IMG/VR virus record: IMGVR_UViG_3300043394_000365
Span: 1-43,924 of that record
Direction: 5' to 3' (one strand)
Length of the DNA: 43,924 nucleotides
Source: a virus
Taxonomy: Duplodnaviria; Caudoviricetes
In this document: positions 35,265 through 43,436 of the stretch, one piece after another
How the letters are laid out: each line of letters begins with the position of its first letter
Numbering within the stretch: the first letter of the stretch is position 1
The notes under the pieces: generated by a model
The model's input: only the letters and a program-made list of their open reading frames with translations
Told to the model about the DNA's origin: nothing
Databases searched by the model: none
Program-made: the position numbers and the translations under genes

Positions 35265-35887
35265 TCAGAGCTCGCGGGCTGGCCTTCTTGCCCAGCGAAG
35301 ATGTCGGTAGCGTCGGGCTTCTTCGGCATGTTCGGGTAGTCAGCCTCGAACCCGGCCACACTGCCGTCGATCACGGCGCCCTTCGACACTTCGGGCGGCT
35401 TGACGGTGATCTTCGTCTCGCAGTTCAGCAGCTTGCCCAGTTTGTCCAGCGTGCCTTCGGGCAGCGAACTGCACTGCACGCGGAAAGACAGTTCGGTGGT
35501 GCCGCCTTCTTGGCAGTCGGCCTTGAAGTCGTTGACCTTGGCCGGCGTCAGCACGATGTTGGACTCGCCGCCCATGCCGAAGTCGATCTCCACGCGAGCG
35601 CTGGTGATCTCTTCTTCCCACTTCAGCGGGCCCTTGAGTCGCGCGAAGCGCAGGTTCGGCAAGCTGGCTTCCACGTCGGGCAGCGCTTCTTGGCCGGCTT
35701 CGGCGTCGGCATCCCAGTACAGCGTGGAGCACAACTTGTCGTCCAGCAGCGCCAGCACGGCGCGGTTCTCGCCGGTCAGCAGAAAGCGCACGTCGACGGC
35801 CGTGACGCTCTTGTCGCCGTGCTTCTCGGGGCGCACGTTCACGTGGTCTACCTTGACGGTGGTGAAAGTGGCAAGTGCGAAGTTCAT
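35261..35887 (-). CDS. Hypothetical phage protein
   Basis: 208 aa, strong codon bias, NVRPEKHG motif. Confidence 0.78.
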   Translation of the reverse strand: MNFALATFTTVKVDHVNVRPEKHGDKSVTAVDVRFLLTGENRAVLALLDDKLCSTLYWDADAEAGQEALPDVEASLPNLRFARLKGPLKWEEEITSARVEIDFGMGGESNIVLTPAKVNDFKADCQEGGTTELSFRVQCSSLPEGTLDKLGKLLNCETKITVKPPEVSKGAVIDGSVAGFEADYPNMPKKPDATDIFAGQEGQPASSE

Positions 35888-35914
35888 GTGGTGGTCTTTC
35901 AGGTGGTGGGGTGG

Positions 35915-36145
35915 TCAGTAGGTGCCGTAGGGTTCGCCGCGCGCCTCGGAAGCCGCGTCGCTGCGGCCTTCGCTGTACGCGTCGCGGGAGTCGCGCTCGG
36001 CTTCGCGCAGATCCCTGGCGTGGGCCTTCTTCATGTTCTCAATGAGCGTGTGCAGCGCACGCTGTTGCTCTGCGGTGGCCGTTCCTGCCTGCAGGGCAGA
36101 CATGGCTGCCTTGTAGGCCGCGAAGTCAGCGAAGGGTGCAGTCAT
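35915..36145 (-). CDS. Hypothetical protein (76 aa)
   Basis: TGATG coupling, GGAGG RBS. Confidence 0.65.
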   Translation of the reverse strand: MTAPFADFAAYKAAMSALQAGTATAEQQRALHTLIENMKKAHARDLREAERDSRDAYSEGRSDAASEARGEPYGTY

Positions 36146-36375
36146 CACGCAACCTCCGCAGCCGTGCCAATGGCGCGCGCGAAGCCCAGCGCTTCGGCCA
36201 GCAAGGCATCGCGCCTGGCGCTGGGCGGCTGGTCCTTCAGTTCGAGCAACTGCTCGTAGTACCAATCGCGGCGCGCGCGCGTGCACTGCGCTTGGCTCAC
36301 ATCGATTGGCAAGGTCTTGTCGGCGTGGACTTGCCACGCATCGGCCAGGGTTCTCGGTTCGGTGGTGGTGTTCAT
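36145..36375 (-). CDS. Hypothetical protein (76 aa)
   Basis: GAGG RBS, packed in operon. Confidence 0.65.
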   Translation of the reverse strand: MNTTTEPRTLADAWQVHADKTLPIDVSQAQCTRARRDWYYEQLLELKDQPPSARRDALLAEALGFARAIGTAAEVA

Positions 36376-36388
36376 GGTGTGCCGTGCC

Positions 36389-36814
36389 TCAAGAGAATTC
36401 GACGTTCAGGCAATCCCACGTGCCGTCGCCGTGGGCCTTGCAGTACGGGCCAATGCGGTGGCGCAGAAGGCCGTTGGGCCCGCGCTCGCTGTGGTTCTTG
36501 TCGTGGAAGTCCTGCTCGCTTCTGTAGAAGCCTTGCCACCACTTCGGATCGCTCCAGTCCTTGTGCGACTTGCGCGCGGTGATGGTGAGTTCCATCTCTT
36601 CGACGCTGATGCGCTGGCCGTACTCGTCGCGGATGTAGGCGCCAGGTGCTGCCCACAACTTGCGCCAGTCATCCAGCGTGGAGATGCCTTCTTCTGGATT
36701 GACGTGCAGGCCAAAGCACCAGCCGCCGCTGCTCTTACCGATGTGCAGCGGCTCAAACGGGCGCCCGCAGCATTCGCAGTCTGGCTTCTGGTGCAGGTAG
36801 TAGTTCGTTCCCAT
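36389..36814 (-). CDS. Hypothetical phage protein (MGTNYY..CxxC..HIGKSS.GW)
   Basis: AAGGA RBS; pattern recognisable from phage early regions. Confidence 0.75.
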   Translation of the reverse strand: MGTNYYLHQKPDCECCGRPFEPLHIGKSSGGWCFGLHVNPEEGISTLDDWRKLWAAPGAYIRDEYGQRISVEEMELTITARKSHKDWSDPKWWQGFYRSEQDFHDKNHSERGPNGLLRHRIGPYCKAHGDGTWDCLNVEFS

Positions 36815-36823
36815 CGCGGTCCT

Positions 36824-37108
36824 TCACTCGACGCAGCTGTACCGGCGCGGGCACGCCGTGGTTCCGGCGCACTGCGCCCCGTTGATGCAGAAGGCCGGTA
36901 TGTGGCCGTGCTGCGGATGGTCGAAGGCGCGCAGCCGCGGCGTGGCCGGGTAGGGCAGCCGCTTCACGGTGAGCACTTCGCAGCCGGTGAGCGATGCCGC
37001 ATCAGTGCGCGCGGCTTCTTCCGTGGGCGCTTCCATGCAGGCCGGCGGGCGGCCGGTGAACGTCACCCAGTACGGGTGATGCCAGATGACTTCGGTGCTG
37101 GCGCTCAT
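36824..37108 (-). CDS. Small Cys-rich protein
   Basis: C-terminal C-x5-C-x5-C-x5-C; ATGA overlap. Confidence 0.68.
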   Translation of the reverse strand: MSASTEVIWHHPYWVTFTGRPPACMEAPTEEAARTDAASLTGCEVLTVKRLPYPATPRLRAFDHPQHGHIPAFCINGAQCAGTTACPRRYSCVE

Positions 37109-38610
37109 GCCGCACCTGCCAGCCGGTTGCAGATGTCGCGCAGCGCCAGGATGGCTTGGCGGCGCTGGCTGGCCGTGAACATCACCGCGCCGCGCTCGCC
37201 CTTCGTGCCGACCGTGCCCAGCACGCCAGAGACAAAGGCCTCGGTCATCTTGAATCCTTCGCCGAACTCGGCGCACAGGTCGCCCAACTTGATCGACGGC
37301 GCTTCCGCCACGGGGGCCGCGGCGGCGGCTTGCCCTGCACCCATTGAGCCGCCGCTCGGGCTTGGCATAGCCGGGGCATCGCGGTCGGTAGCGTCGGCCG
37401 TTGCCGGCTCTGCCTTCAAAACCTGTTGCGCGCCCGGCTCTTCAGTAACTTGCGCTGCAGCTTTGGCCGCGCGCGCTGCTTCGGCGTCGGCCTCCTTCGC
37501 TGCGGTCAGGTCGCGGTGCGCGCGCAGGCGCATGATCGCGGCCCAGCGTGCGTCTTGCACGGCCTGGCTGCCGGGCTGCTTCGCGGCCATCTGTTCAAGC
37601 CACGAAACGGCCAGCCCGATGAGGCCGGAATTCGCGTTCGCCAGCTTTGCTTCTTCGTCGGCGATGAACTGCAGTTGGCGCAGTTCTTCGCGCTGCGCTT
37701 CCAGGCGCTGCGCTTCAGCCGCCTGCTCAGCCGCCACGCGCTCGCGATCTTCGGCGTCAATGAACATCTTGCCGAGGTCGATGAGCACGGCCGCGCGCGC
37801 CGACTCACCGCGCTGCTGGTGCTCGCCCCACACTTCCGCGGTGATCTCCACCGCAGAGAGTGCTTCCATCGCAGCGCGCAGCGTGGCCGAAGACTTGCCG
37901 GCCATGCCGACGGTGAGACTGTGCAGTTCCTGGATCTTGGCGTCAGCCAAGCGCTGCCGGTCCATGGCTTCGCGCTCGCTCTTCAAGCGCATGGCTTCGG
38001 CCTCTTGCGCTTCCACTGCGGCCAGCATGTCCTGCAGCTGCAGCGTGACTTCGGCGTGCACGTGGCGCGCTTCGTCGATGAACTCCGCGAAGTCTTCGCC
38101 GATGGCCAGGCCCTTCATCATGTCCAGCTTGGCGCGCACTTCGGCAGCCGGCTTGCCTGCAGCCCGGGCGGCCACGCCGCGCATGTAGTCCAAGCGCGTG
38201 CGCAGTTTGTTCATGCGGTCGCGCTCAGCGTCCTCGCGGGCCTGGCGCTCTTCAGTGCGGCGCTGCTCGTCAGCCCGGATGGCCTTGTCGATCGGCTCGC
38301 GCAGCTTCTCCAGTTCGGCCGCGATGCGCTTGGCTTCTGCGTCCAGCAGGCGGCCGCGGTCCAGCACCGGCGCCTTCAGTTCCTGGCGCTTTGCTTCCAG
38401 TGCGCTCAGCAGCTTGGTGAGCTCCTGGCGGTCGCTGCGCGCTTCCTTGTCGCCGGCGGTGGTGCGCAGGTCATAGACCTTGCCGGCCAGGCGCTGGCGC
38501 AGTTCGGCCAGCGCGGCGGCTGTCGCGTTGTACTCGGCGATGGGTGATGACGTTGCCGGGTCGACAACTTCGTCGGCAACTTCGGGGGTGTCGGTGTCGG
38601 TGGTGCTCAT
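37105..38610 (-). CDS. Coiled-coil protein (DUF1351-like N-terminus, internal duplication)
   Basis: LEAKRQELKAPVLD..LREPIDKAI; next to recombination genes. Confidence 0.72.
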   Translation of the reverse strand: MSTTDTDTPEVADEVVDPATSSPIAEYNATAAALAELRQRLAGKVYDLRTTAGDKEARSDRQELTKLLSALEAKRQELKAPVLDRGRLLDAEAKRIAAELEKLREPIDKAIRADEQRRTEERQAREDAERDRMNKLRTRLDYMRGVAARAAGKPAAEVRAKLDMMKGLAIGEDFAEFIDEARHVHAEVTLQLQDMLAAVEAQEAEAMRLKSEREAMDRQRLADAKIQELHSLTVGMAGKSSATLRAAMEALSAVEITAEVWGEHQQRGESARAAVLIDLGKMFIDAEDRERVAAEQAAEAQRLEAQREELRQLQFIADEEAKLANANSGLIGLAVSWLEQMAAKQPGSQAVQDARWAAIMRLRAHRDLTAAKEADAEAARAAKAAAQVTEEPGAQQVLKAEPATADATDRDAPAMPSPSGGSMGAGQAAAAAPVAEAPSIKLGDLCAEFGEGFKMTEAFVSGVLGTVGTKGERGAVMFTASQRRQAILALRDICNRLAGAA

Positions 38611-38681
38611 GTGTGGGTTGGTGGTGGTGTTGGTGGGCGCCCCTTGCGGGCAGGCCATGACTGTCTGTGTCACCCGGAGAG

Positions 38682-39116
38682 TTACCCCGCGCCCGTTGAT
38701 CGTGGTGCTGGCAGCCTGCGCGTATCGCGCATGCGCACGCCGTTGTTCATGCAGAAGGCCTGGGAATACTCGATGAGGCTGGAGCCGCGCCGCTTGCTCA
38801 TGCTGGTGGTGCTCTCGCGGATCGGCACCAACTCGCCTTCCAGGCCGCCCACAACTTCGCCGTCCTGGTGCGTGGCCACGGCATGGCCCGAGATCAGCAG
38901 CGATTTCCACTCCGTCGCGTTGCGCTGAGCGCCGGCCCACTCCAGGCCAGACCGCGCCAGGTCGCTGCAGATCGCATGGAAGCGGTCGCGCTGGCCTTCG
39001 TTCATGCGCGGTGGCGACACCAGCACCTCGAAGCCTTCCGGTACGCGGCCAAGGTAGTCCACGCACCGCTGGCGCACTTCGTCGCTGACCAGCACGAACA
39101 AGCGAACGTTCTGCAC
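38682..39116 (-). CDS. ninB: NinB/Orf recombination mediator
   Basis: QRDRFHAICSDLARS..WK..GLEGELV..RESTTSM..LIEY. Confidence 0.88.
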   Translation of the reverse strand: MQNVRLFVLVSDEVRQRCVDYLGRVPEGFEVLVSPPRMNEGQRDRFHAICSDLARSGLEWAGAQRNATEWKSLLISGHAVATHQDGEVVGGLEGELVPIRESTTSMSKRRGSSLIEYSQAFCMNNGVRMRDTRRLPAPRSTGAG

Positions 39117-39118
39117 GG

Positions 39119-39784
39119 TCAGGCGGCCGATGCCAGCGGCTTGTGCGTGCGGTCGAAGTCGGCCAGCACCTCGCGGTAGTAGTCGCGCGCGGCCTTGACC
39201 TTCTCGATCATCTTGGCTTCGAGCGTGCGGTCGCGGTGCACGGTCCACGTCGTCAGGCGCAGGTGCTCTTCGATGTGGCTGACCTTGTGCATGAGCTCGG
39301 GCTCATAGCGGCACAGGTGTTCTGGCGTGTCCACCAGGCCATAGGCGCCGTGCCAGCGCTCGGCATCCCACAGCCACATATAGCCGCGGAACTGCCACTC
39401 GTACAGCGTGGCCTGGGCCGGCGCGATGTCTTCAAAGCACAGCGGAAACGTGGCCACCGACCATGCGGCCTTGGCGTCGTACCCTTCGCGTGCAGCAGCG
39501 TGGTACAGGTCGCATTCACCCGTGATCCAGCCGTTGTTGCGCCGCTCGGTGTTCTTCACCAGTTGCAGGCCGCGCACGCGGTTTAGCAGGTCGATGATGT
39601 CGGGCTCGACGATGTGGCCTTTCTCGATCTTCTTGTCGCTGATCTCGAACTCGACACTGAAGATGTCTTGCGCCACAAGCTCGCGGATGTGCGTCTTGGC
39701 GCCCACACTGAGCACTTCGCTCTTGCTTTTGGGCTCGGTCATCAGCTTGCCGATGCTGCTGCAGCGGATGAGAAGATCACGCAT
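39119..39784 (-). CDS. YqaJ/lambda-exonuclease-like PD-(D/E)XK nuclease
   Basis: IRCSSIGKLMT, KGHIVE, ITGECD..DAK, YEWQFRGYM. Confidence 0.85.
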   Translation of the reverse strand: MRDLLIRCSSIGKLMTEPKSKSEVLSVGAKTHIRELVAQDIFSVEFEISDKKIEKGHIVEPDIIDLLNRVRGLQLVKNTERRNNGWITGECDLYHAAAREGYDAKAAWSVATFPLCFEDIAPAQATLYEWQFRGYMWLWDAERWHGAYGLVDTPEHLCRYEPELMHKVSHIEEHLRLTTWTVHRDRTLEAKMIEKVKAARDYYREVLADFDRTHKPLASAA

Positions 39785-40790
39785 CGGCGCCACCTGCTGC
39801 GGGCTTCGCGCTGGCTTCAGCGGCGGCCATCTCTTCCAGCCACGGATCGGGGCCACTGGCTGCCGGCGCTTCGGCTGGTGCGGGTGCGGCTGCAGGCGCT
39901 TGCGTTTCTGCCTGGCCCGTGGCGCTCTTGTCTTCGGGCGGCATAGCCGCACGGATCGCCGCGCCGCGATTCTTCAACTCTTCGGCGAACAGATCGTAGC
40001 CAGCCGGGTCGCCTGACGCCTTGAACTTCGGAACAAACGTCTTGGCTAGCGGCTTCAAGTCGTCCAGCGTCTTGGCTGCAGCCACGGCTGCTTTCGCCTC
40101 TGTGCGCACGGCCAGCTGCGCCGCCGTCGGTTCACCAGCCCCATCACCTGATCCGCCTTGCCCGCCGCCAGCGCCCTGGCCGTTGAACGCTGCGCGCAGT
40201 TCATCGGATAGGTCTTCCAGATCCTGGCCGAACACGGCGCCAGCGCCCGTCACGTTCAGCACCATGGCGATCTTGGCGCGCTTGACTGCCATCTTGAGCA
40301 CCGTGTTGGCCGCGTCGGCCGGTTCGGTGCGCACTTGCTTGTTGCGGTAGATGGTGTTGTTCTTGCCCTTGGCAAACTTGACCCGCTTGTGCGTGGCCGG
40401 CAGTTCGTCGAACTCTTCGTCGCACACGGCGCGGCGCCAGCGGTACTTCTCTTCGGCGCCCGAGCATTCGCCCACGCCTTCGCCAAGCACCACACCGGTC
40501 AGTTGATGCCGGCCGCGACACTTCACCCGGTAGCGCACCACGTCGGTGGTGCTGAGGTCTTCGGACTCGAGCTCGTGCGCAATGCGAAAGGTCATCGCCA
40601 GCACGTCGGCGCCAGGCTGCAACAGCGTGGGCTTGTCGGTGCCAGGGATCGTGCCGAAGTGGATTCCTTCCTTCATCACGTCCTTCAGCACCTGCTGCAC
40701 CAGCTGCGTGTGCGCTATGACTTCAGCGACGGCGTTTCGAGGATCGGACGGCAGTAGGGCCGCGGGCTTGTGTTCGACAACAGCGTTCAT
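39777..40790 (-). CDS. Putative single-strand annealing protein
   Basis: Paired with exonuclease; FGTIPGTDKPTL.QPGA and NTVLKMAVKRA..FGQDLED motifs; GGAG RBS. Confidence 0.6.
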   Translation of the reverse strand: MNAVVEHKPAALLPSDPRNAVAEVIAHTQLVQQVLKDVMKEGIHFGTIPGTDKPTLLQPGADVLAMTFRIAHELESEDLSTTDVVRYRVKCRGRHQLTGVVLGEGVGECSGAEEKYRWRRAVCDEEFDELPATHKRVKFAKGKNNTIYRNKQVRTEPADAANTVLKMAVKRAKIAMVLNVTGAGAVFGQDLEDLSDELRAAFNGQGAGGGQGGSGDGAGEPTAAQLAVRTEAKAAVAAAKTLDDLKPLAKTFVPKFKASGDPAGYDLFAEELKNRGAAIRAAMPPEDKSATGQAETQAPAAAPAPAEAPAASGPDPWLEEMAAAEASAKPAAGGADA

Positions 40791-40812
40791 CAGTTCTCCG
40801 TAAGCTGGCGCG

Positions 40813-41028
40813 TCAACCGCGCCGGATGAACCAAAGCCAAAGGCGCCGCAACGGGCCCGGCCGTGGTGGTGGTGGTTCGATCGCGCCCTTCTCAATCAGC
40901 AGCTGGATCAGCCCGCGCGTCTCGCGCTTGGCTTCGGTCTGCAGGTTCAAGTGGCGCTCGGTCAACTTGGTAGGCTTCAGGCGGCCTTGCTGCGTGATGC
41001 CGTGCGGGATGTACGGACGGCCCTTCAT
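40813..41028 (-). CDS. Small basic protein with hydrophobic C-terminus
   Basis: 71 aa, ATGA overlap. Confidence 0.6.
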   Translation of the reverse strand: MKGRPYIPHGITQQGRLKPTKLTERHLNLQTEAKRETRGLIQLLIEKGAIEPPPPRPGPLRRLWLWFIRRG

Positions 41029-41219
41029 ACGCAGAGCTCCGGGCGGGCCTTGCAGTCCACCGGGCCGATGTCCTTGGTGTCTTCGTCATCGCCGCCGCCG
41101 CAGCCGGCCAGCATCGCGCAGGCTGCCAGCAAGAGCACGGGCAACAGCCACGATGCGGTGATCAGAAGCACCAGGTTCTGCACGGGCGCGGTGCGCCAGT
41201 TGCGGATGATCTTCAGCAT
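41025..41219 (-). CDS. Small lipoprotein
   Basis: Hydrophobic segment, lipobox LAGC, C-terminal Cys pair; GGAGG RBS. Confidence 0.72.
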   Translation of the reverse strand: MLKIIRNWRTAPVQNLVLLITASWLLPVLLLAACAMLAGCGGGDDEDTKDIGPVDCKARPELCV

Positions 41220-41389
41220 GACGGACCTCCAATGCAGGGCAGCGCGAAGGCTTGCCAGCAGAAGACACCCAGCAGCACGGCCAGCAGCGCGGCTGCAAAG
41301 AAGTAGCTGGCGCGCGAACGAGATTCGAGCCGGCTGCACAGCGCCGCGCGGCGCATGCTGTCGTCGCGGACCATGGCGCGCGAGTTCAT
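41213..41389 (-). CDS. Small single-TM protein
   Basis: 58 aa, TM YFFAAALLAVLLGVFCW, ATGA overlap. Confidence 0.6.
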   Translation of the reverse strand: MNSRAMVRDDSMRRAALCSRLESRSRASYFFAAALLAVLLGVFCWQAFALPCIGGPSC

Positions 41390-41937
41390 CGCTGCGGGCC
41401 TGGCGCTTCGCGGCACAGCACCAAGGCCAGCGATGCAGCCACGCTGCGGTCCCCGCGCGTGAACTTCGTCGTCTCGACGGGCGCGTGGGCCAGGGTCAGC
41501 AGGTGCACTTCGCCGCGGCGTTCAGTGCACGTCTCGTCGAAGGCGGCGGCCTTGTACAGCCACTGGGCGCCGGCTGCGCTGCGCTGCACGACCACGGTGC
41601 GGGCCTGGCGGCCTTGCAGTTGTTCGCGCGCTGCCGTGCCTTGGCGCCACATCCAGGTGGTGCCGTCGGGCGTCTCGGCCGCGTGGCGCCACTCGCTGGC
41701 CGCGGCCGTGATGGTGGTGAACATGCAGGCCGCCGCGAGCAGGGTGCGGGGCCAGGCCAGCAGGCCGGCGGGAGCGTGGGGCTCGACCTGCGGCCAACCG
41801 CGGTCGTGCCGGCGCTGCTGCAGGTTGACGCGGATCTCGGCGCCGCGCTGCTTCAGCAGGGCGCGCGATTCAGCGCTGAGGTAGTACGGGCTGACTGCGG
41901 CCGCGGGTGCTGCGGCGCGGTGGGTGGTGTCTGACAT
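41386..41937 (-). CDS. First early-left gene; internal signal-like segment then a two-Cys domain
   Basis: AGGGGAG RBS directly after PL; LLAAACMFTTITAAA segment. Confidence 0.7.
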   Translation of the reverse strand: MSDTTHRAAAPAAAVSPYYLSAESRALLKQRGAEIRVNLQQRRHDRGWPQVEPHAPAGLLAWPRTLLAAACMFTTITAAASEWRHAAETPDGTTWMWRQGTAAREQLQGRQARTVVVQRSAAGAQWLYKAAAFDETCTERRGEVHLLTLAHAPVETTKFTRGDRSVAASLALVLCREAPGPQR

Positions 41938-41976
41938 CTGGCTCCCCTTCGCCGCAAAGTGCGACGACTGGAAGCA

Positions 41977-42019
41977 AGTTTATAGACAACAAAACCTGAG
42001 TGTCAAGCGATATCTAAAC
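41977..42019 (-). promoter_or_regulatory. PL promoter with two operators
   Basis: TTGACA (42006-42001), N18, TAAACT (41982-41977); GTTTA-N8-TAAAC-like sites at 41978-41995 and 42002-42019. Confidence 0.82.
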
Positions 42020-42049
42020 AAATGCAGCAGCGCGGATGGTGCTGGGCGA

Positions 42050-42502
42050 CTACTTCTGTTCGCCGTCCTTGCGTACCTGAATGAAGCCAAGCATGGTTCG
42101 CGCGCCCATGCGCACCGTGGCGCGCTCGCCAGCGCCGAGATCCACCAGGTAGCTCGGGCTGGCAAACGCCGGGCAGATGATGCCGCCGTACTCCATGTGA
42201 AACTGGTAGCGCCCGGGCGGCAACTCGAACAGCGCGCGTTCACCTGGCGCGACCTTGGCCATTCGCGTGCCGTCGTAGAAGACATCGAACATGCAGGCGC
42301 CGAGCATGAAGCCATGATCGCGTTCAACGATCACTAGGGCCTTGGATGCGTTGCGCTCTGTCGGTGTGGACAAGGCTTGCAGGTGCAGGCGTTCGGATGG
42401 GATTGGCGCCATGCCGTCGGCGCTTGGGCTGGGTGCTGTGCTGCACGCTGCGACCGCGGCTGCCACCGTCAGGATCAAGGCTGCGTTGATCTTCAAGACC
42501 AT
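42050..42502 (-). CDS. Lipoprotein co-transcribed with cI (candidate superinfection exclusion)
   Basis: Lipobox VAAC; start overlaps the cI 3' end. Confidence 0.78.
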   Translation of the reverse strand: MVLKINAALILTVAAAVAACSTAPSPSADGMAPIPSERLHLQALSTPTERNASKALVIVERDHGFMLGACMFDVFYDGTRMAKVAPGERALFELPPGRYQFHMEYGGIICPAFASPSYLVDLGAGERATVRMGARTMLGFIQVRKDGEQK

Positions 42503-43116
42503 CTCCCTTCTTCGGCTTTCAGGACGGCCAGCACTTGCAGGCCGTCGCGTTGCGAATCCAGCGGCCCGTAGGCCTCATTCAGCGCGTGCGCTGACCACCG
42601 ATCACCGGCGCCGGCCCGGTACAGCCTGAAGTGCACCGCGCCGGTAGCGTCGGCCACCAGTACGCCGTCTCCGGGCCGCGGCTGCATCGTTCTGTCAAAG
42701 CAAATGAGGCGCCCCGCTGGTGCGCGAGGCGCCATGGAATCGTCCGGCAGTTCAATCCAGAACAGGGCCGGCAGCTTCTTTGGCTGCATGAGTGTTCCCC
42801 AAGTGATGAGGGGAGCATGCTGCATTTCCAGGTGGCTCACATCCTGAGCCACCATAGGTTGCGTGGGAACTGGCCCCGCATATGAGGGTGCGGACTCCTG
42901 CGCACTGGCTCGGCCGGACAAGAAAGCATCGCTGGGCAGGCCCAACTTTTCAGCCAGGGCGACCGCTGCGCGTTCACCAAACGGCTGCTCTTCGTCAAAC
43001 AGCTGGCTGACCCGCCCCTTGGACAAACCTGTGACCTTCATGAGCTTCTGGCGGTCACCGCGCAGCGGTGGCCCGGAGAAGTAGGCCGCAAAGCGGCGGC
43101 GGCGTTCGGCGTCCAT
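42493..43116 (-). CDS. cI: CI-like repressor (HTH plus degenerate S24 domain)
   Basis: GLSKGRVSQL..FGERAA..EKLGLP HTH; DSMAP..PGD..LN..Y S24 motifs; divergent from cro. Confidence 0.9.
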   Translation of the reverse strand: MDAERRRRFAAYFSGPPLRGDRQKLMKVTGLSKGRVSQLFDEEQPFGERAAVALAEKLGLPSDAFLSGRASAQESAPSYAGPVPTQPMVAQDVSHLEMQHAPLITWGTLMQPKKLPALFWIELPDDSMAPRAPAGRLICFDRTMQPRPGDGVLVADATGAVHFRLYRAGAGDRWSAHALNEAYGPLDSQRDGLQVLAVLKAEEGRWS

Positions 43117-43124
43117 GGCGGGCA

Positions 43125-43181
43125 ATCGTAGGCTGGCAAGGTTTAGAGCAGACTTGACACAAGTTTGCCGATGACTAAACT
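43125..43181. promoter_or_regulatory. PR/PRM region with two operators
   Basis: PR: TTGACA 43154-43159, N16, TAAACT 43176-43181. PRM -10: TACGAT on minus 43130-43125. Operators at 43141-43158 and 43163-43180. Confidence 0.82.
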
Positions 43182-43187
43182 AGCGCC

Positions 43188-43433
43188 ATGGACCTACACA
43201 CGTGGCTGGACAAGCCGGAAAACAAGGGCAAGGCCGCTTGGCTCGCCACCGAACTGGGCAGGTCGAAGACCGCCGTTTCGCTGTGGCGTGACGAAGGCGT
43301 GCCGCTTCCGCTGATCTCGCGGATCGTGGCGCTGACCGATGGCGCCGTGACTGAGGGCGGCATGCTGAAGCACGCGCTGCAGTGCAAGACCGCGCCGAAA
43401 CCGCAGGCCACAGCAGAGTCCGCCAAGGCCTGA
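43188..43433 (+). CDS. cro: Cro-like repressor
   Basis: LATELGRSKTAVSLW..VP..LTDGAVT HTH; divergent from cI. Confidence 0.88.
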   Translation: MDLHTWLDKPENKGKAAWLATELGRSKTAVSLWRDEGVPLPLISRIVALTDGAVTEGGMLKHALQCKTAPKPQATAESAKA

Positions 43434-43436
43434 CCC

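Noticed and set aside
36281-38188. 635-aa plus-strand ORF, and 40951..41934 +
   Set aside because: Antisense to a coupled minus-strand operon; Ala/Arg/Ser composition typical of off-frame reading
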